63,382 nucleotides of DNA, filler included, from Basidiobolus ranarum (GCA_040143965.1; 33 parts of 33 records of this genome joined end to end with filler, not necessarily neighbours in it), one strand, 5' to 3'; positions 1 to 11,687 are shown, counted from the whole stretch's first letter. Translations and numbers: made by a program. The notes: a model not told the origin generated them from the letters alone.

Positions 1-96
1 TGACACCATCACAGAATCAGCTGATGATATTGATGGGCTATACCTAGAATATCACCCTTTTGTGGATGGTGTTCTTTTTTCTACAATATCCTTCTC

Positions 97-1833
97 ATGC
101 CACAACACAAATGGTTAAAGATGCCTTGCTATTATTGTTGCACATTCTTGTGCTATGAAAGCTGGAGGCTTCATGAAAAAATAATCACCACATGGTCACT
201 GTACATTGCTGCCAGCTGCACAAATCCTGGTGTATAGCAACAGTACTAAGTGCACTATATTGACTTTAGTGTTGCCCATTGAGTCCAATGACTGTAGTTT
301 GCCTCAATGTTTTGGTAACTTTGCAAAAAGTCAAGATACCATGAAGTTACCACAGTTATATGACCGGAATGATATAGGTCAAAATGCAACTTGGGTCAAA
401 CCAGTAAGTCCAGACAACTTTGAGGACTTGCTGCTAGATGTTGACCTTGGTTATTCCAGTATCAATGGTAGTATATCAGAAGTTAAAGAAGAAGACAACA
501 GCATTGTTACAGACCCTTGGTTATTGGCAAACATTAGTCCACTCATAACACCTACTGTAAAGGTAGCAGTTTTGATTATTGAGGAGTGGAGAGTTTAATC
601 CAATCATAGCAACGCAGTGTTTATTAGTTTTCTTACACTTTTACCTCAGTTCATTGGCAACTGTTGCTTGCCACAGACCTGGTACAAGTAGAAAACACTT
701 CTCAATTGTATGATGTATCATTCTTCAGTAATTAAACAACCTTCATTTCCAAATGGTTGTTTGGCTTTTGCCAGTGATCTGACAAACCCAAAGTCATATA
801 CTGTTTGCACACAATTAGCAATCACCAAATCAGATAAATATCACTCATATTTGGCTTACATACAATTGATTCCCTGTCTTAAAGTTTTGATGAAATCATC
901 CAAATATATATCATTGATCTAATACCAAAGTACTCACCATTTAAGTTGAAGGTATTACCTATATACTTGATGGATATCCCTACCACTATCTGAAGAGTCA
1001 AGGTTTCTTTGAGAACACATATGATCATGCATTTGCATTAGCTCTGGAAGGTTTCTCACAAACAAATATACCATTGGAAGGGCTTGCTGGCCAATAATTT
1101 TGATCAACTTAAATATTTCTTCTTCTAAACAGTATAAGAGTCATAATATTTTGATACTATCCATCATATCTGGATCTAAATCTCCAGTGCTTGTTTATAG
1201 CTTCTTGGAGCCTTTGATTGTGGAATTTGAACAGTTATCTAATGGGGTTCGGATGCGTGAATATTTTATTAAAGCTAATATCTTTGTATGTATTGGTGAC
1301 ACTCCTGCCATCAGTAAGCTTGGAGGTTTTTCCAGGCATAATGCACTATCTTGCTTTAGATTTTGTCATATCAATAGAGTTAACTCTAACAGCCATATGC
1401 ATTACTACTATCCAAATACAGCACTAAATTTCATGATTTTACCATTAAGAGCCCGGTCATATTTCAACATCATCACTCCTATCAATTCACCAAATAGTCA
1501 GTCTAATATCAAACTTGATGTTAGCCATAAGCCTAACATTATATTGCTAAAGGGGATCAGCTGGAGCCAGAACTTCCCATTAGGCACTATGCACTTACTA
1601 TTCAACAACATTCTGATATTACTTACTCAGCTATATAGTGGAAAACACAATATGAATGAGCCATTCAAGATAGTATCAAAGTTTGAATTGATTGGGAAAA
1701 TGCTTGAAAACATCAAGATACTATCATATTTTACCAGGACTCCCATCAATATCCACTCATCTAGGCGTTTATTTAAATGCAAAGACTGGAAGTATTGGAT
1801 TTGTATATATTCAAGTGGAATCTTGAAAAGATT
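97..1833 (+). mobile_element. CACTA/EnSpm (Transposase_21-type) transposase pseudogene, N-terminal and central part
   Basis: Putative ATG at 97 (MPQHK..PCYYC); PNGCLAF..C.VC motif; WPIILINLN; GDTPAISKLGGF.RHNALSCFRFC; GTMHLLFNN; FKCKDWKYW. Many stops and frameshifts. Confidence 0.88.
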
Positions 1834-1933
1834 NNNNNNNNNNNNNNNNNNNNNNNNNNNNNNNNNNNNNNNNNNNNTTAATTAATTAANNNNNNNNNNN
1901 NNNNNNNNNNNNNNNNNNNNNNNNNNNNNNNNN

Positions 1934-2270
1934 AATTCTTTATGGAAATTTGCCAAAATCCAAGTGCTTATTCTCATTGTGAATGGTAACAAGAGTATGC
2001 TATTTGCCAAGTGTTGGTGCTATTTAAGATTTCAGGTGTTTAGCAATTTTTCTACCATTAGTTTGCTGGTTATGCATATTGATGTTGTTGAGTTACGTCT
2101 GATCAGTCCAGTATGTCCATACATAGACACTATATACAACAAGATTCTTGCATTTTTTGATTCCCATTATGGCAGTAATAGAAAGCCTGAAATATCTAAA
2201 TAAAGGTATGCATATTAATTTGAATTCCTGCAGCAGTAAACCCAGTAATTTACCATTCAAGTGTATTATT
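1934..2270 (+). mobile_element. CACTA family: transposase C-terminus and downstream flank
   Basis: Homologous to 36090-36524, 17376-17480 and (reverse) 27300-27620; ends ...FFDSHYG.N.KP.ISK*. Confidence 0.85.
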
Positions 2271-2299
2271 TTTCCAATCCAGATCAAATCAGTTTTATT

Positions 2300-3215
2300 T
2301 ATGTTAGAGGTTAGCTCAGATCCAAATTTTGAAGATATTGGCACATTACTCCCGCAGAATATGCAAAATCTGGCCTTGTCTCAACCATTATATGCATCAA
2401 ACTACCAACCATAGATTGAAAAGGAAATCTCTGGTTCTCATTTAAATCTAAGAATGTCTGATATCAGCCATTTTGGGTCATGTGAAGATTTTCTCCATTG
2501 GGGTAGATAATGGATCACATTCTTGCATTTTAAACTTCTTTAGTAAATCTAGGATATACTTAGACTGGTCTAAAGGTATTGTTCTGATAGTTCTATATAT
2601 CTTAATTTGGATTGCTAGATAGTACATCAGTTTGCCAAGATCAATCAATTTGAATTTGACAGATAAGCTGAATTTGGTCTTCTCCGAAGTCTTCCAATCT
2701 TTGGTTCCTATAATAAGGTCATCTACTTATAAGGCTATATAAAACGAGGTTTGTTTTATCCGGCCTGCACTTGATATCTGAGTCAGTGTTACTCTTTTGG
2801 AATTTGAATATTTCCAAAAAAGCATCTAACTTGCTATTCCAAGCTCTTGGAGATTGTGTGAGGCTATCAAGTGTTTTCCACGGTCAGAAAACTTTGTTGG
2901 GGTTTTTGAGTCCTCAAATCAATCTGACTGGTCCATATAGATCTCCTCAACCAGCTCACCATTCAAATAAGCTTCTTTAACATCCATTTGATTTCTAATC
3001 AACAAACATTTAGCCCAAATTGATCTAATTGAATTCAACTTTGCTACTGGTGCAAAAGTTTCTGTAAAATCTAATACTGGTGCTTTGGAATAGCCCTTTG
3101 CACTAGTCTAGCCTTACACTTCTCTATGTTGCTTTCAAGGTTATATTTAACTTTAAACACTTTTTAGCGGCCAGCTGATTTTCTGCCATCAGGTAAGTTG
3201 GTTAAAGTCCAATTG
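2300..3215 (-). mobile_element. Ty1/Copia reverse transcriptase remnant
   Basis: Minus-strand WTLTNLPDGRK..., ARLV.KGYS, FAPVAKLNS, FPFQSMVGSLM motifs, with stops. Confidence 0.88.
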
Positions 3216-3289
3216 GATAAACTTCTAAATTTAGCAATCTTCCAGCTGGTGTACCTGGTTTGATGGTAAAGTTAAGCCTTTTTGCTATT

Positions 3290-3765
3290 ATAGCTGACTC
3301 TCAAGGCACGGATCTTTGTAATGAAAGGAAGAATTTTGTAAGTGTGACAGTAGAGCATAAACTCACTGACTCCTTTGCTTTTTGCTTGGGTTTAGTAACT
3401 TCCTGCTCCTTAAGTACTTCTTGAGCTGCTTTTCTTTCTTTTCCAGGTTGATAATTGTGTACATCTGATATGCTTCCTGAAAAGGTCTATACTGGCCCAA
3501 TTGCTATTTACTTGCAAAACTCCAGGATAAGCCACATGAAATAAGTCAAGAATATTCATAGTAATGCCTTATTTTGCTTTTTCCAAAACTGGTGGAAATT
3601 GTGTTGATTTTGGCTAAATTCCACACAGTTTCTAAAATGTTAAATCACTCATCATCAGAGCAAGTGACAGTATCTCTGACATTCCAAGTCATTTAGTTTG
3701 CTGGTTTTCCTACAAGATTTTTACTTTTATGTGTGCAATCAATTTGGGGTTGTTCTGTAGGCTTA
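3290..3765 (-). mobile_element. CACTA family second ORF (ORF2) remnant
   Basis: Reverse complement matches 7010-7290 (AYPG.LQ.N.NWASI) and continues into a K/E-rich stretch (KRKKAAQEVLKEQE). Confidence 0.75.
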
Positions 3766-3865
3766 NNNNNNNNNNNNNNNNNNNNNNNNNNNNNNNNNNN
3801 NNNNNNNNNTTAATTAATTAANNNNNNNNNNNNNNNNNNNNNNNNNNNNNNNNNNNNNNNNNNNN

Positions 3866-5269
3866 ATGGAGAAGCAAGTGAAGGTCCCCATGATTGTTAT
3901 TGCCAAGTGTGGGACACCAGATGAAGCCAACTCTCCTAAGGCTGGAAATCGAGGTAAACGTGACAGTCAAATCATTCTCATGTCCTTTTTACAGCATGTT
4001 ATGTTTGACGACCGCATGACCGAGATGGAGTACGAACTATTCAATGCTATGTGGAGTGTTACTGGTGTTAGTCCAGATCATTTCGAGATTATATTGATGG
4101 TGGATGCAGATACGAAAGTTTACCCAGATTCCGTAACTCGAATGGTCTCTTGTATGGTTCGTGATCCACAAATTATGGGTCTTTGCGGGGAGACCAAGAT
4201 CGCCAACAAACGAAACAGCTGGGTGACTATGATTCAAGTCTTTGAATACTACATCTCACATCATTTGAACAAGGCATTCGAGTCCATCTTTGGTGGTGTT
4301 ACATGTTTACCTGGTTGCTTTTGCATGTATAGAATCAAAGCGCCAAAAGGGACGAACGGCTTCTGGGTACCGGTCTTGGTAAGTCCCGATATTGTGGATC
4401 ATTATTCGGAGAATGTGGTTGACACCCTACACAAGAAAAACCTTCTCTTACTGGGTGAAGACCGTTTCTTGAGTACTATGATGTTACGTACATTCCCCAA
4501 AAGAAAGATGATTTTCGTACCTCAAGCAGTATGTAAAACGGTGGTACCAGAATCCTTCAAAGTACTTTTATCTCAACGTAGACGTTGGATTAACTCTACG
4601 GTGCACAATCTCATGGAGCTGGTGCTTATCCGTGATCTATGCGGTACATTCTGCTTTTCAATGCAGTTTGTCGTGTTCATGGAGCTTGTAGGAACCGTTG
4701 TATTACCAGCAGCCATTTGCTTTACAATATACTTGGTGGTCATCTCATTCGTCAGTAAACCGGTCCCCGTCATTCCGTTGATTTTACTTGCGATCATTCT
4801 AGGATTGCCTGCAGTTCTAATTTTAATGACCACTAGAAAGTTGGTATATGTTGGTTGGATGTTGATTTATTTGATGGCATTATTTGTATGGAATTTCATG
4901 TTGCCAGTATACGCCTTTTGGCATTTCGATGATTTTAGCTGGGGTGAGACGAGACAAGTTTCGGGTGCTGATAAAAATGATGATCATGGGGCTACTGAAG
5001 GGGAATTCGACGGTGCTCTTATTACCATGAAGAAATGGTCGGATTTTGAAAGGATGAAGCGTAGAAAGACTCAAAGGACCCTCAATATTCTATCCATGAG
5101 TGGCAGGTTAACTCCCTCAGAGTCCCTTGAGAAGTTGGGCTATCAGACACCAAGTCAACTTGCCCATTTGTCGATTGTAAATTTATCCAACCCAAATAGT
5201 CATACACCCAGTGAGGAGGGAAGCGAGAGTAGTGGAAGTATTTTCTATAGACCTCTGAGTCCTCGGTAA
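3866..5269 (+). CDS. CHS3: Chitin synthase class IV (Chs3-like), 5'-truncated by contig edge
   Basis: Intact 467-aa ORF with [43 protein letters not shown]-terminal TM helices and FDDFSWG; closely follows yeast Chs3. The ATG at the contig edge is internal. Confidence 0.96.
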   Translation: MEKQVKVPMIVIAKCGTPDEANSPKAGNRGKRDSQIILMSFLQHVMFDDRMTEMEYELFNAMWSVTGVSPDHFEIILMVDADTKVYPDSVTRMVSCMVRDPQIMGLCGETKIANKRNSWVTMIQVFEYYISHHLNKAFESIFGGVTCLPGCFCMYRIKAPKGTNGFWVPVLVSPDIVDHYSENVVDTLHKKNLLLLGEDRFLSTMMLRTFPKRKMIFVPQAVCKTVVPESFKVLLSQRRRWINSTVHNLMELVLIRDLCGTFCFSMQFVVFMELVGTVVLPAAICFTIYLVVISFVSKPVPVIPLILLAIILGLPAVLILMTTRKLVYVGWMLIYLMALFVWNFMLPVYAFWHFDDFSWGETRQVSGADKNDDHGATEGEFDGALITMKKWSDFERMKRRKTQRTLNILSMSGRLTPSESLEKLGYQTPSQLAHLSIVNLSNPNSHTPSEEGSESSGSIFYRPLSPR

Positions 5270-5445
5270 CTTTCCCAAGTGAATTTTCGCATATTACTAC
5301 CTCAACGAACACTTTTTCAATAAGTAGGGTTTGTCCCTTACAGGTTTATCCTTACCTTTTCACATTCAACTTTTGTTAAAAAGATACAATATTATAATAA
5401 TAAAATCGAGACAAATAATCGATTAAATGTCTGCAATAATCCCTT

Positions 5446-5697
5446 CTAGATATGGAAATCTTGAAACAAATGGCTGTAAGGATCCTCATAATTAGGTTCA
5501 TTAAGTTCTGCTTCTGGCTCCGGATATTTGTCAAAGTTGGATGTGTCACCGCAATGGCGATATGCTGGTACAATGGGGGCCTGGATTTGGCATTTAATAG
5601 TTGGCATCAGAAAGTGCAGGTTTGGGGTGAAGTTACCATGATGTCTCGATTCATAACAAGTTGCCAGTCTACTCCCGAAAACCACTTGTGTCTTTTG
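5446..5697 (-). CDS. cAMP-dependent protein kinase catalytic subunit (PKA/PRKX-like), last two exons (5637-5697, 5446-5580; intron 5581-5636)
   Basis: Spliced translation KRHKWFSGVDWQLVMNRDIM|APIVPAYRHCGDTSNFDKYPE...LFQDFHI* is an AGC-kinase C-tail with FxxF; 56-nt GTAACT...CCAG intron. Confidence 0.9.
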   Translation of the reverse strand, partial: QKTQVVFGSRLATCYESRHHGNFTPNLHFLMPTIKCQIQAPIVPAYRHCGDTSNFDKYPEPEAELNEPNYEDPYSHLFQDFHI

Positions 5698-5797
5698 NNN
5701 NNNNNNNNNNNNNNNNNNNNNNNNNNNNNNNNNNNNNNNNNTTAATTAATTAANNNNNNNNNNNNNNNNNNNNNNNNNNNNNNNNNNNNNNNNNNNN

Positions 5798-7290
5798 GAA
5801 AAGGATATTGTATGAAAAGAAAACCCACTATATCAGGGTAATAACTTAGATGTTTCTCATTAACATCATCCACTGATTCTGAGACGGTGTAGTTGTTTTA
5901 CCAACACTTTGAGGCAAAGTACAGTCAGTGGACTCAGTGGGCAAAACTAAAGTCAATTTTGTGCACTTATTACAGTTTATATTCACCAGGCTTTGTGCAG
6001 CTGGTGGCTTTGTACAGTGACCATGCTTGTGATTATTTTTCTATGAAGCCTCTGGCTTTCATAGCACAAGAATTTGTGAAAATAATAGCAGGGCTTCTTT
6101 AAACATTTGTGTTGTGGCATGAGAAGGATATTGTGGAAAAACAACACCTCCTATGTAAGGGTGGTATTTTAGATATAGCCCATCAATATCATCAGCTGAT
6201 TCTGAGATGGTGTCACAGATGAGTCATCAGGGGATTTACAAGATATTTCTGGTAATGGATGGTAATTTTAGTTTATTATAAGCTGTTTTGAAGCAATTTC
6301 ATTACACCAAGTTTACCATCTGCAAATTTCAATGCCATTCAAGAAGCATGCAAAACCTAAGTCAAAATTGGTTCCAAGCCAAAGCCTGCTGGCACAAACA
6401 GAAAAAAACCAGCAAGAACAGAGGACTTAATTCATGAGCAGTCTAGAAATCCACTATCCACTTTGGAAGGCATTAACATGCCAGAAACTAACTCAAGTAA
6501 TGATGAAGTGTTAATCAACTTACCAGATATGTTCCTTTCCAGTGATAGTGTAGGTGAAGAAATTGTACTCCCCCAATTACATAGTAAATTAATAGTTGAG
6601 CAAAGTTCAACAAAAACACTGTCAAGGTCATCAACTTCCAAAATGGCTACTTTGCCCACTATTGATCAACCCTCCACAGAAAATTTGGACAGAATTAATA
6701 CAACAAGGGAATTGCAGGCAGAACACCATAATGATTTGTATGCAATCATAAGTAAAAACTACAAAGTTGCTATATATGCCATGACAAGTAATAATGCCAC
6801 AATATTACAATTAATGCAGCATTCAGAAGCAACTAGTCAACAGTTAGATAGTCACTCAACAATGATACAAGACCTTCAGAATGCTGTACTTGAGCTACAG
6901 CAATATGCTGCTCCCTCCATCCATTTTCATATGGGATTTCAATCAATTGCACACCATACATATGAATGTCACCATGACAATCTAGCAGAGCAGAATATGT
7001 GTTAGACCATTAAGCCTACATAATGACCTGAAACTGCTTGGGCACATGAAAGTAGAAATCTCATAGGAAAACCAGCAAACCTAAAGACTCTGAATGTCAG
7101 AGCTGCCATCACTTGCTCTGATGATGAGTGGTTTAACATTTTGGAAACTGTGCAGAATCATGCCCAAAATCACCTGGATTTGAGCCAATCATGGAAAAAC
7201 CAAAAACCAGGTGTTACTCTGAAGGTTCTTGGCTTATTTGATGTTGCTTATCCTGGGTTTTTGCAAGCAAATGGCAATTGGGCTAGTATA
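5798..7290. mobile_element. CACTA family head region: transposase 5' end on minus (ATG at 6120) and divergent ORF2 on plus (about 6280-7290)
   Basis: Same arrangement at 9661-11490, 56540-57281 and 61150-61466; ORF 6463-7005 is homologous to 9967-10200(-) and 42390-42530. Confidence 0.8.
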
Positions 7291-7629
7291 TGTTGAAAGT
7301 CTGGTGACTTGTAGTACAAGCAGTAATTCCCAAAGAGGAAAAATATAGTCTATGGTGAATGCATCTGAACACAAATTCTAAGGCCAAATCAGTTGCTTGT
7401 ATAGCTCAAATGCCAAAGTACCATACATTGACAGACTAGGTTAAGGTTCCCTAGCAATATAGGCATAGCATACAAGGACTGGTAGCTCAGTGGTTAGAGC
7501 ACCTTGCTAGAGTGAAGCAGGTCCCAGGTTCAGATCCTGGCCAGACCAATATTTCTACCTAAACAATTTCAATCTCAAATAAACCAATCTTTGGTTATTT
7601 AGGAATGGTATATGCTATGCTATCTATTG
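7291..7629 (+). mobile_element. LTR-like element (family F, starts TGTTGAAAG) inserted into CACTA ORF2; contains a tRNA-like sequence
   Basis: Interrupts ORF2 after ...GGGCTAGTATA (uninterrupted copy near 3482-3500); its first ~55 nt recur, inverted, at 19856-19909. Confidence 0.7.
7476..7548 (+). tRNA. tRNA-like (pseudo-tRNA) sequence with Pol III A and B boxes; nominal anticodon AGA, isotype uncertain
   Basis: GGACTGG...CCAGACC-A acceptor stem (6/7 pairs); D arm GCTC/GAGC with TAGCTCAGTGG; T arm CCAGG-TTCAGAT-CCTGG; anticodon stem only 3/5 paired; no long variable arm. Confidence 0.75.
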
Positions 7630-7729
7630 NNNNNNNNNNNNNNNNNNNNNNNNNNNNNNNNNNNNNNNNNNNNTTAATTAATTAANNNNNNNNNNNNNNN
7701 NNNNNNNNNNNNNNNNNNNNNNNNNNNNN

Positions 7730-9560
7730 GAAGTTCTTCACCATCACACTTCTCTGTGGATTCAAAATAAATTTGTAATAGTACTAGTAGGCAGTACTCA
7801 GCAGCTAGCTTGGAGCTAATAACCTGATAAATGTGTTAGGGGGATTTGGAATTGTTATAGACAAAATTTTGATTTGTGAATTAGACACTTGAGTTTTCTG
7901 AACTGTATATGTCCTATTTGTAGTTTACTACAGAATTAGACTATTAGACATGCTTCAGTCATATAAAACATGCCTGTTAAGCATGAGTGAAGATTTGAGA
8001 TGATTTGCAGAGGTTTTGAGAAAATAGTGAAAATTGACAAAAGGATCTAATTGATGTTTCTGTTAGTGAGAGCAATACACACATTTTTCAATGACAGAAT
8101 TGAGTGCTAAATAATCATAATATGAATAACAACATAATATACAATGAGTTGCTATTCACCCTATTAAATATTTCTACTCAACTAATTATTTTGTGTTGCT
8201 CTTAAACCTAACTTATATCTTAATAGTTCAAATTGCACTTTAGCTATAGGTTTGGATAGGAAGTCAGCAATCTTTTCTTCAGTAGGGCAATAGGCAAGTT
8301 TAATTACATAATTATCTATTGCTTCTCTTACAAAAAGATGCCTAATAACAATATGTTTTGTTCTAGCATGAAATGTAGGGTTTTTTACTAAGGAAATACA
8401 ATTGTGACTATCTTCAAATACCACAATAGCATTATTTTACATGTATCCTGAATCTTTAAATAACTTCCTTAACCATTTAGCTTCTTGTATTGTAGCAGAT
8501 GTAGCCATATACTCTACTTTTGTAGTGGAAAGTGCTACAGTTAGTTGTATTGTACTATTCCAAGTTATGGCCCAATTACCATAGAGAAAAGTATACTCAG
8601 TTGTTGGTCTTCTATCATCAAGGTTTCTTTCCCAGTCTGCATCACTGTAGCCTTTAAAACTTTGAGCATGAAGAGGGTAGAGTACTCCAGAACTAGGTCT
8701 ACAGTTCCTCTTAAATATCTGACTTTTTTTTTACTGCAGTTTTGTGCTCAGATCCCGGATTTATGAGATATTGCCTAATAGTTCCTGCTGTCACAGCAAT
8801 GTCTGGATATGTTCCAACCAGTGTATACATAAACTACCCACCATGGATTGATATGGAAACTTCTGGCTTTGAGTTGACTATTACAGGGCTAAATTAAATG
8901 AAATTTTGATTTATTTCACATTTGGATACATTGGTGGTGATACTGGCTTGCTAATTTCCATGTTGAACCATCTTAGTATGTCTAGGATGTATCTATACTG
9001 ATTTAGCATGATTTTCTGAATGGATGTATCTCTATAGACTTGGATTACAAGCAAATAATGTATTTCACACATACCAGGCATCTAAAATTGCTTTTATAAG
9101 CTGCTTTTTGCCTGATTAAGAGCTTCTAGCTCATTTGTGGCTATAACCAAGTCAGCTGCATATAGAGCTAAGATGAAGAATGTATTTCCAGCTGTTTTGC
9201 TGTAGATACTGTGTTCTGCTATTTTTGAATTCCAATGATTCCAAATTGGAATTTATTTTGTCAAACCATGCCCTGGGTGCTTGCTTGATTTAATATAGCA
9301 GTTTTTGAGACTTACAGACCATAGCAGGGTATTTTAAGTCAACAAATCCATCTGGTTACTCTGTATAGATGACTTTTTCTACATTTTATTCAGAAAGGCT
9401 GTTTTTACATCTTTTTGATATAAGTCAAGCTCATGGCAGGCTGAGAGTGCCAGGATTGATCTAATGGAGCTAAACTCAGCTACTGGAGCAAAAGGTTCAT
9501 GGAAATCAACTCCTGGAGAATGGGAATAAACTTTTGCATCTAATCTTGCTTTGTAGCTTT
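7730..9560 (-). mobile_element. Ty1/Copia family A: RT-RNase H, degenerate PPT, LTR (7825-8170), PBS (7813-7824), gag start
   Basis: FHARTKHI..RHLFVRE, ADFLSKP (RNase H); LTR homologous to 21550-21901; degenerate PBS GGTTATTAGCTC. Confidence 0.9.
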
Positions 9561-9660
9561 NNNNNNNNNNNNNNNNNNNNNNNNNNNNNNNNNNNNNNNN
9601 NNNNTTAATTAATTAANNNNNNNNNNNNNNNNNNNNNNNNNNNNNNNNNNNNNNNNNNNN

Positions 9661-11490
9661 AAGTACAGCATTCTGAAGATCTTGCATCATTGGACTTGTT
9701 CTCTGTGGTAGTGCCAGATTGTGCTGTATACATTATATTCAATAAAGTATTCTAAAATTTATGTGGCACAATTTAGCACTATCCTCACCCTCTGCCATGC
9801 TCAATTTCAATTACATGTACTCTATACATTGATCCAAGGTCCGATAAATCCTGGCACAATGGAACAGGTCCATTGTTGAGTAACTCTGCTGAATAGTTGC
9901 TTCCAAATGCTGCATTAATTGTGGTATTGCAGTGTTATTACTTGTCATGACTTGTATGGCAACTTTCTAGTTTTTACTTATGATTGCATACAATTTGTTA
10001 TGGTGTTCTGGCTGCAATTCCCTTGTTGTAATGATTCTATCCAAATTCTCTATGGAGGGTTTTTCAATAGTAGGCAAAGTGGTCATTTTGGAAGTTGATG
10101 GTCTTGATGGTATTTCTGTTAAACTTTGCTTGACTATTGATTTACTATGCAATTGAGGGATTACAATCCTGTCATTTGCACTAGTGCTAGAAAGGAACAT
10201 ATCTGGCTAGTTGATTCATGCTTCATCATTACTTGATGTAGTTTCTGGCATGTCAATGCCTTCCAAAGTGGATAATAGATTGCTAGACTGCTCATCAATG
10301 AAGTCCTCTGTTCTTGCTGGTTTTTTTCTTTTTGAGCCAGCTGCATTTGCTTGGAAGCCAACTTTGATTTTGATTTTGAATGCTTTTTCAATGGCACTGA
10401 AACTTTCAGATTGTAAAGTTAGTGTAGTGAAATTGCTAAGAAACAGCTTATGTTAAACCAAAATTGCCATTCATTACTTGAAATATCTTGTAAATCCCCT
10501 GATGACTCATCTGTTTTGCAGTCTCAGAATCAGCTGATGATAGTGATGGGTTATACTAAAAATACCACCCTCATTTAGGCGGTGTTTTTTTCTAAAATAT
10601 CCTTCTCATGCCACAACACAAACATTATAAGAAGCCTTGCTATTGTTTTCAAAAATATTTGTGCTATGATAGCCACAGGCTTTGTAGAAAAAATGATCAC
10701 AGGCACAGTCACTATACAAAGCCAGGTGAATATCAACAGTAATAAGTGTACCAAAGCTACTTTAGTTTTGCTCACTAAGTCCACTGGCTGTGCTTTGCCG
10801 CAAAGTTTTGGTAACACTGCCAAAGGTCAAGATACCATGGAGTTATCACATTTATATGACCAAAATGATGTAGGTAGAAATGCAACTGTGGTCAAACCAG
10901 TAAGTCCAGAAACTTTGAGGACATGCTGCTAGATGTTGACCTGGTTATTCCAGTACTGATGGAAGTATATCAAAAGTCAAAGGAGAAGACAACAGTTTTG
11001 TTACAGACTCTTTGTTATCAGCAAGCATTTGTCCACTCTTTACACTTACAGTAATGGAAGCTTTGATTATTGTGGAGTGCAGAGTTCAATCCAATCTTAG
11101 CAACCAGGTGTTTATTGACTTTCTTACACTTTTACCACAGTTGTTTGGCAACTGTTGCTTGCAACAAACCTGGTACAAGTGGAAAAAACTTGTCAATTGT
11201 ATGCCTTATAATCCTTCAGTAATTGAACCACCTTCATGTCCAAATGGTTGTTTGGCTTTCACTGGTAATCCAAAAAACATGAAGTCATGTAATGTTTGCC
11301 CACATTTGGCAATCACTGAATCAGATAAATATTGCTTGTCTTTAGCTTACATACCATTGATTTCCCATCTTAAAGTTTTGACGAATCATCCAAATATAGA
11401 TCATTGATCTAACACCACAGTTCTTGCCATAAAGCTGATGTTATTACCAATATACTGGATGGATATCACTACCAGAATCTAAAAAGTCAA
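9661..11490. mobile_element. CACTA family copy: ORF2 on minus (9661 to about 10460), transposase N-terminus on plus (about 10608-11490)
   Basis: Homology to contigs 1 and 4; QTWYKWK, CPNGCLAF..CNVC, AYIPLI motifs. Confidence 0.85.
9692..9871. mobile_element. 180-bp MITE (Harbinger/Tourist-like) with TIR GGAC[T/C]TGTTC and 3-bp TSD ATT
   Basis: GGACTTGTTC...GAACAGGTCC flanked by ATT at 9689-9691 and 9872-9874; the empty site (ATCATTGTTGAG) is present in the ORF2 copy near 6855-6870. Confidence 0.85.
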
Positions 11491-11590
11491 NNNNNNNNNN
11501 NNNNNNNNNNNNNNNNNNNNNNNNNNNNNNNNNNTTAATTAATTAANNNNNNNNNNNNNNNNNNNNNNNNNNNNNNNNNNNNNNNNNNNN

Positions 11591-11687
11591 CACTAAGTAA
11601 TGTTAACTAACTTATATGTGATATATGAAATAGTTAGGTGTATAAAGATAGAGATAACAAATATGATAAAGACAATAAACTTCAACA
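11591..11687 (-). repeat. LTR family E terminal part (TGTTGAAGTTTATTG... on minus)
   Basis: Near-identical segments ending ...AAACTTCAACA at 24474-24539 and 59651-59761. Confidence 0.75.

Noticed and set aside
4037-5312. Minus-strand ORFs over chitin synthase (also plus-strand ORFs 5452-5745, 29278-29547, 47644-48098)
   Set aside because: Antisense shadows of real genes with no recognisable motifs.
7476-7548. Functional tRNA-Ser(AGA)
   Set aside because: No long variable arm, mismatched anticodon stem, altered T loop, and embedded in a repeat; kept only as tRNA-like.
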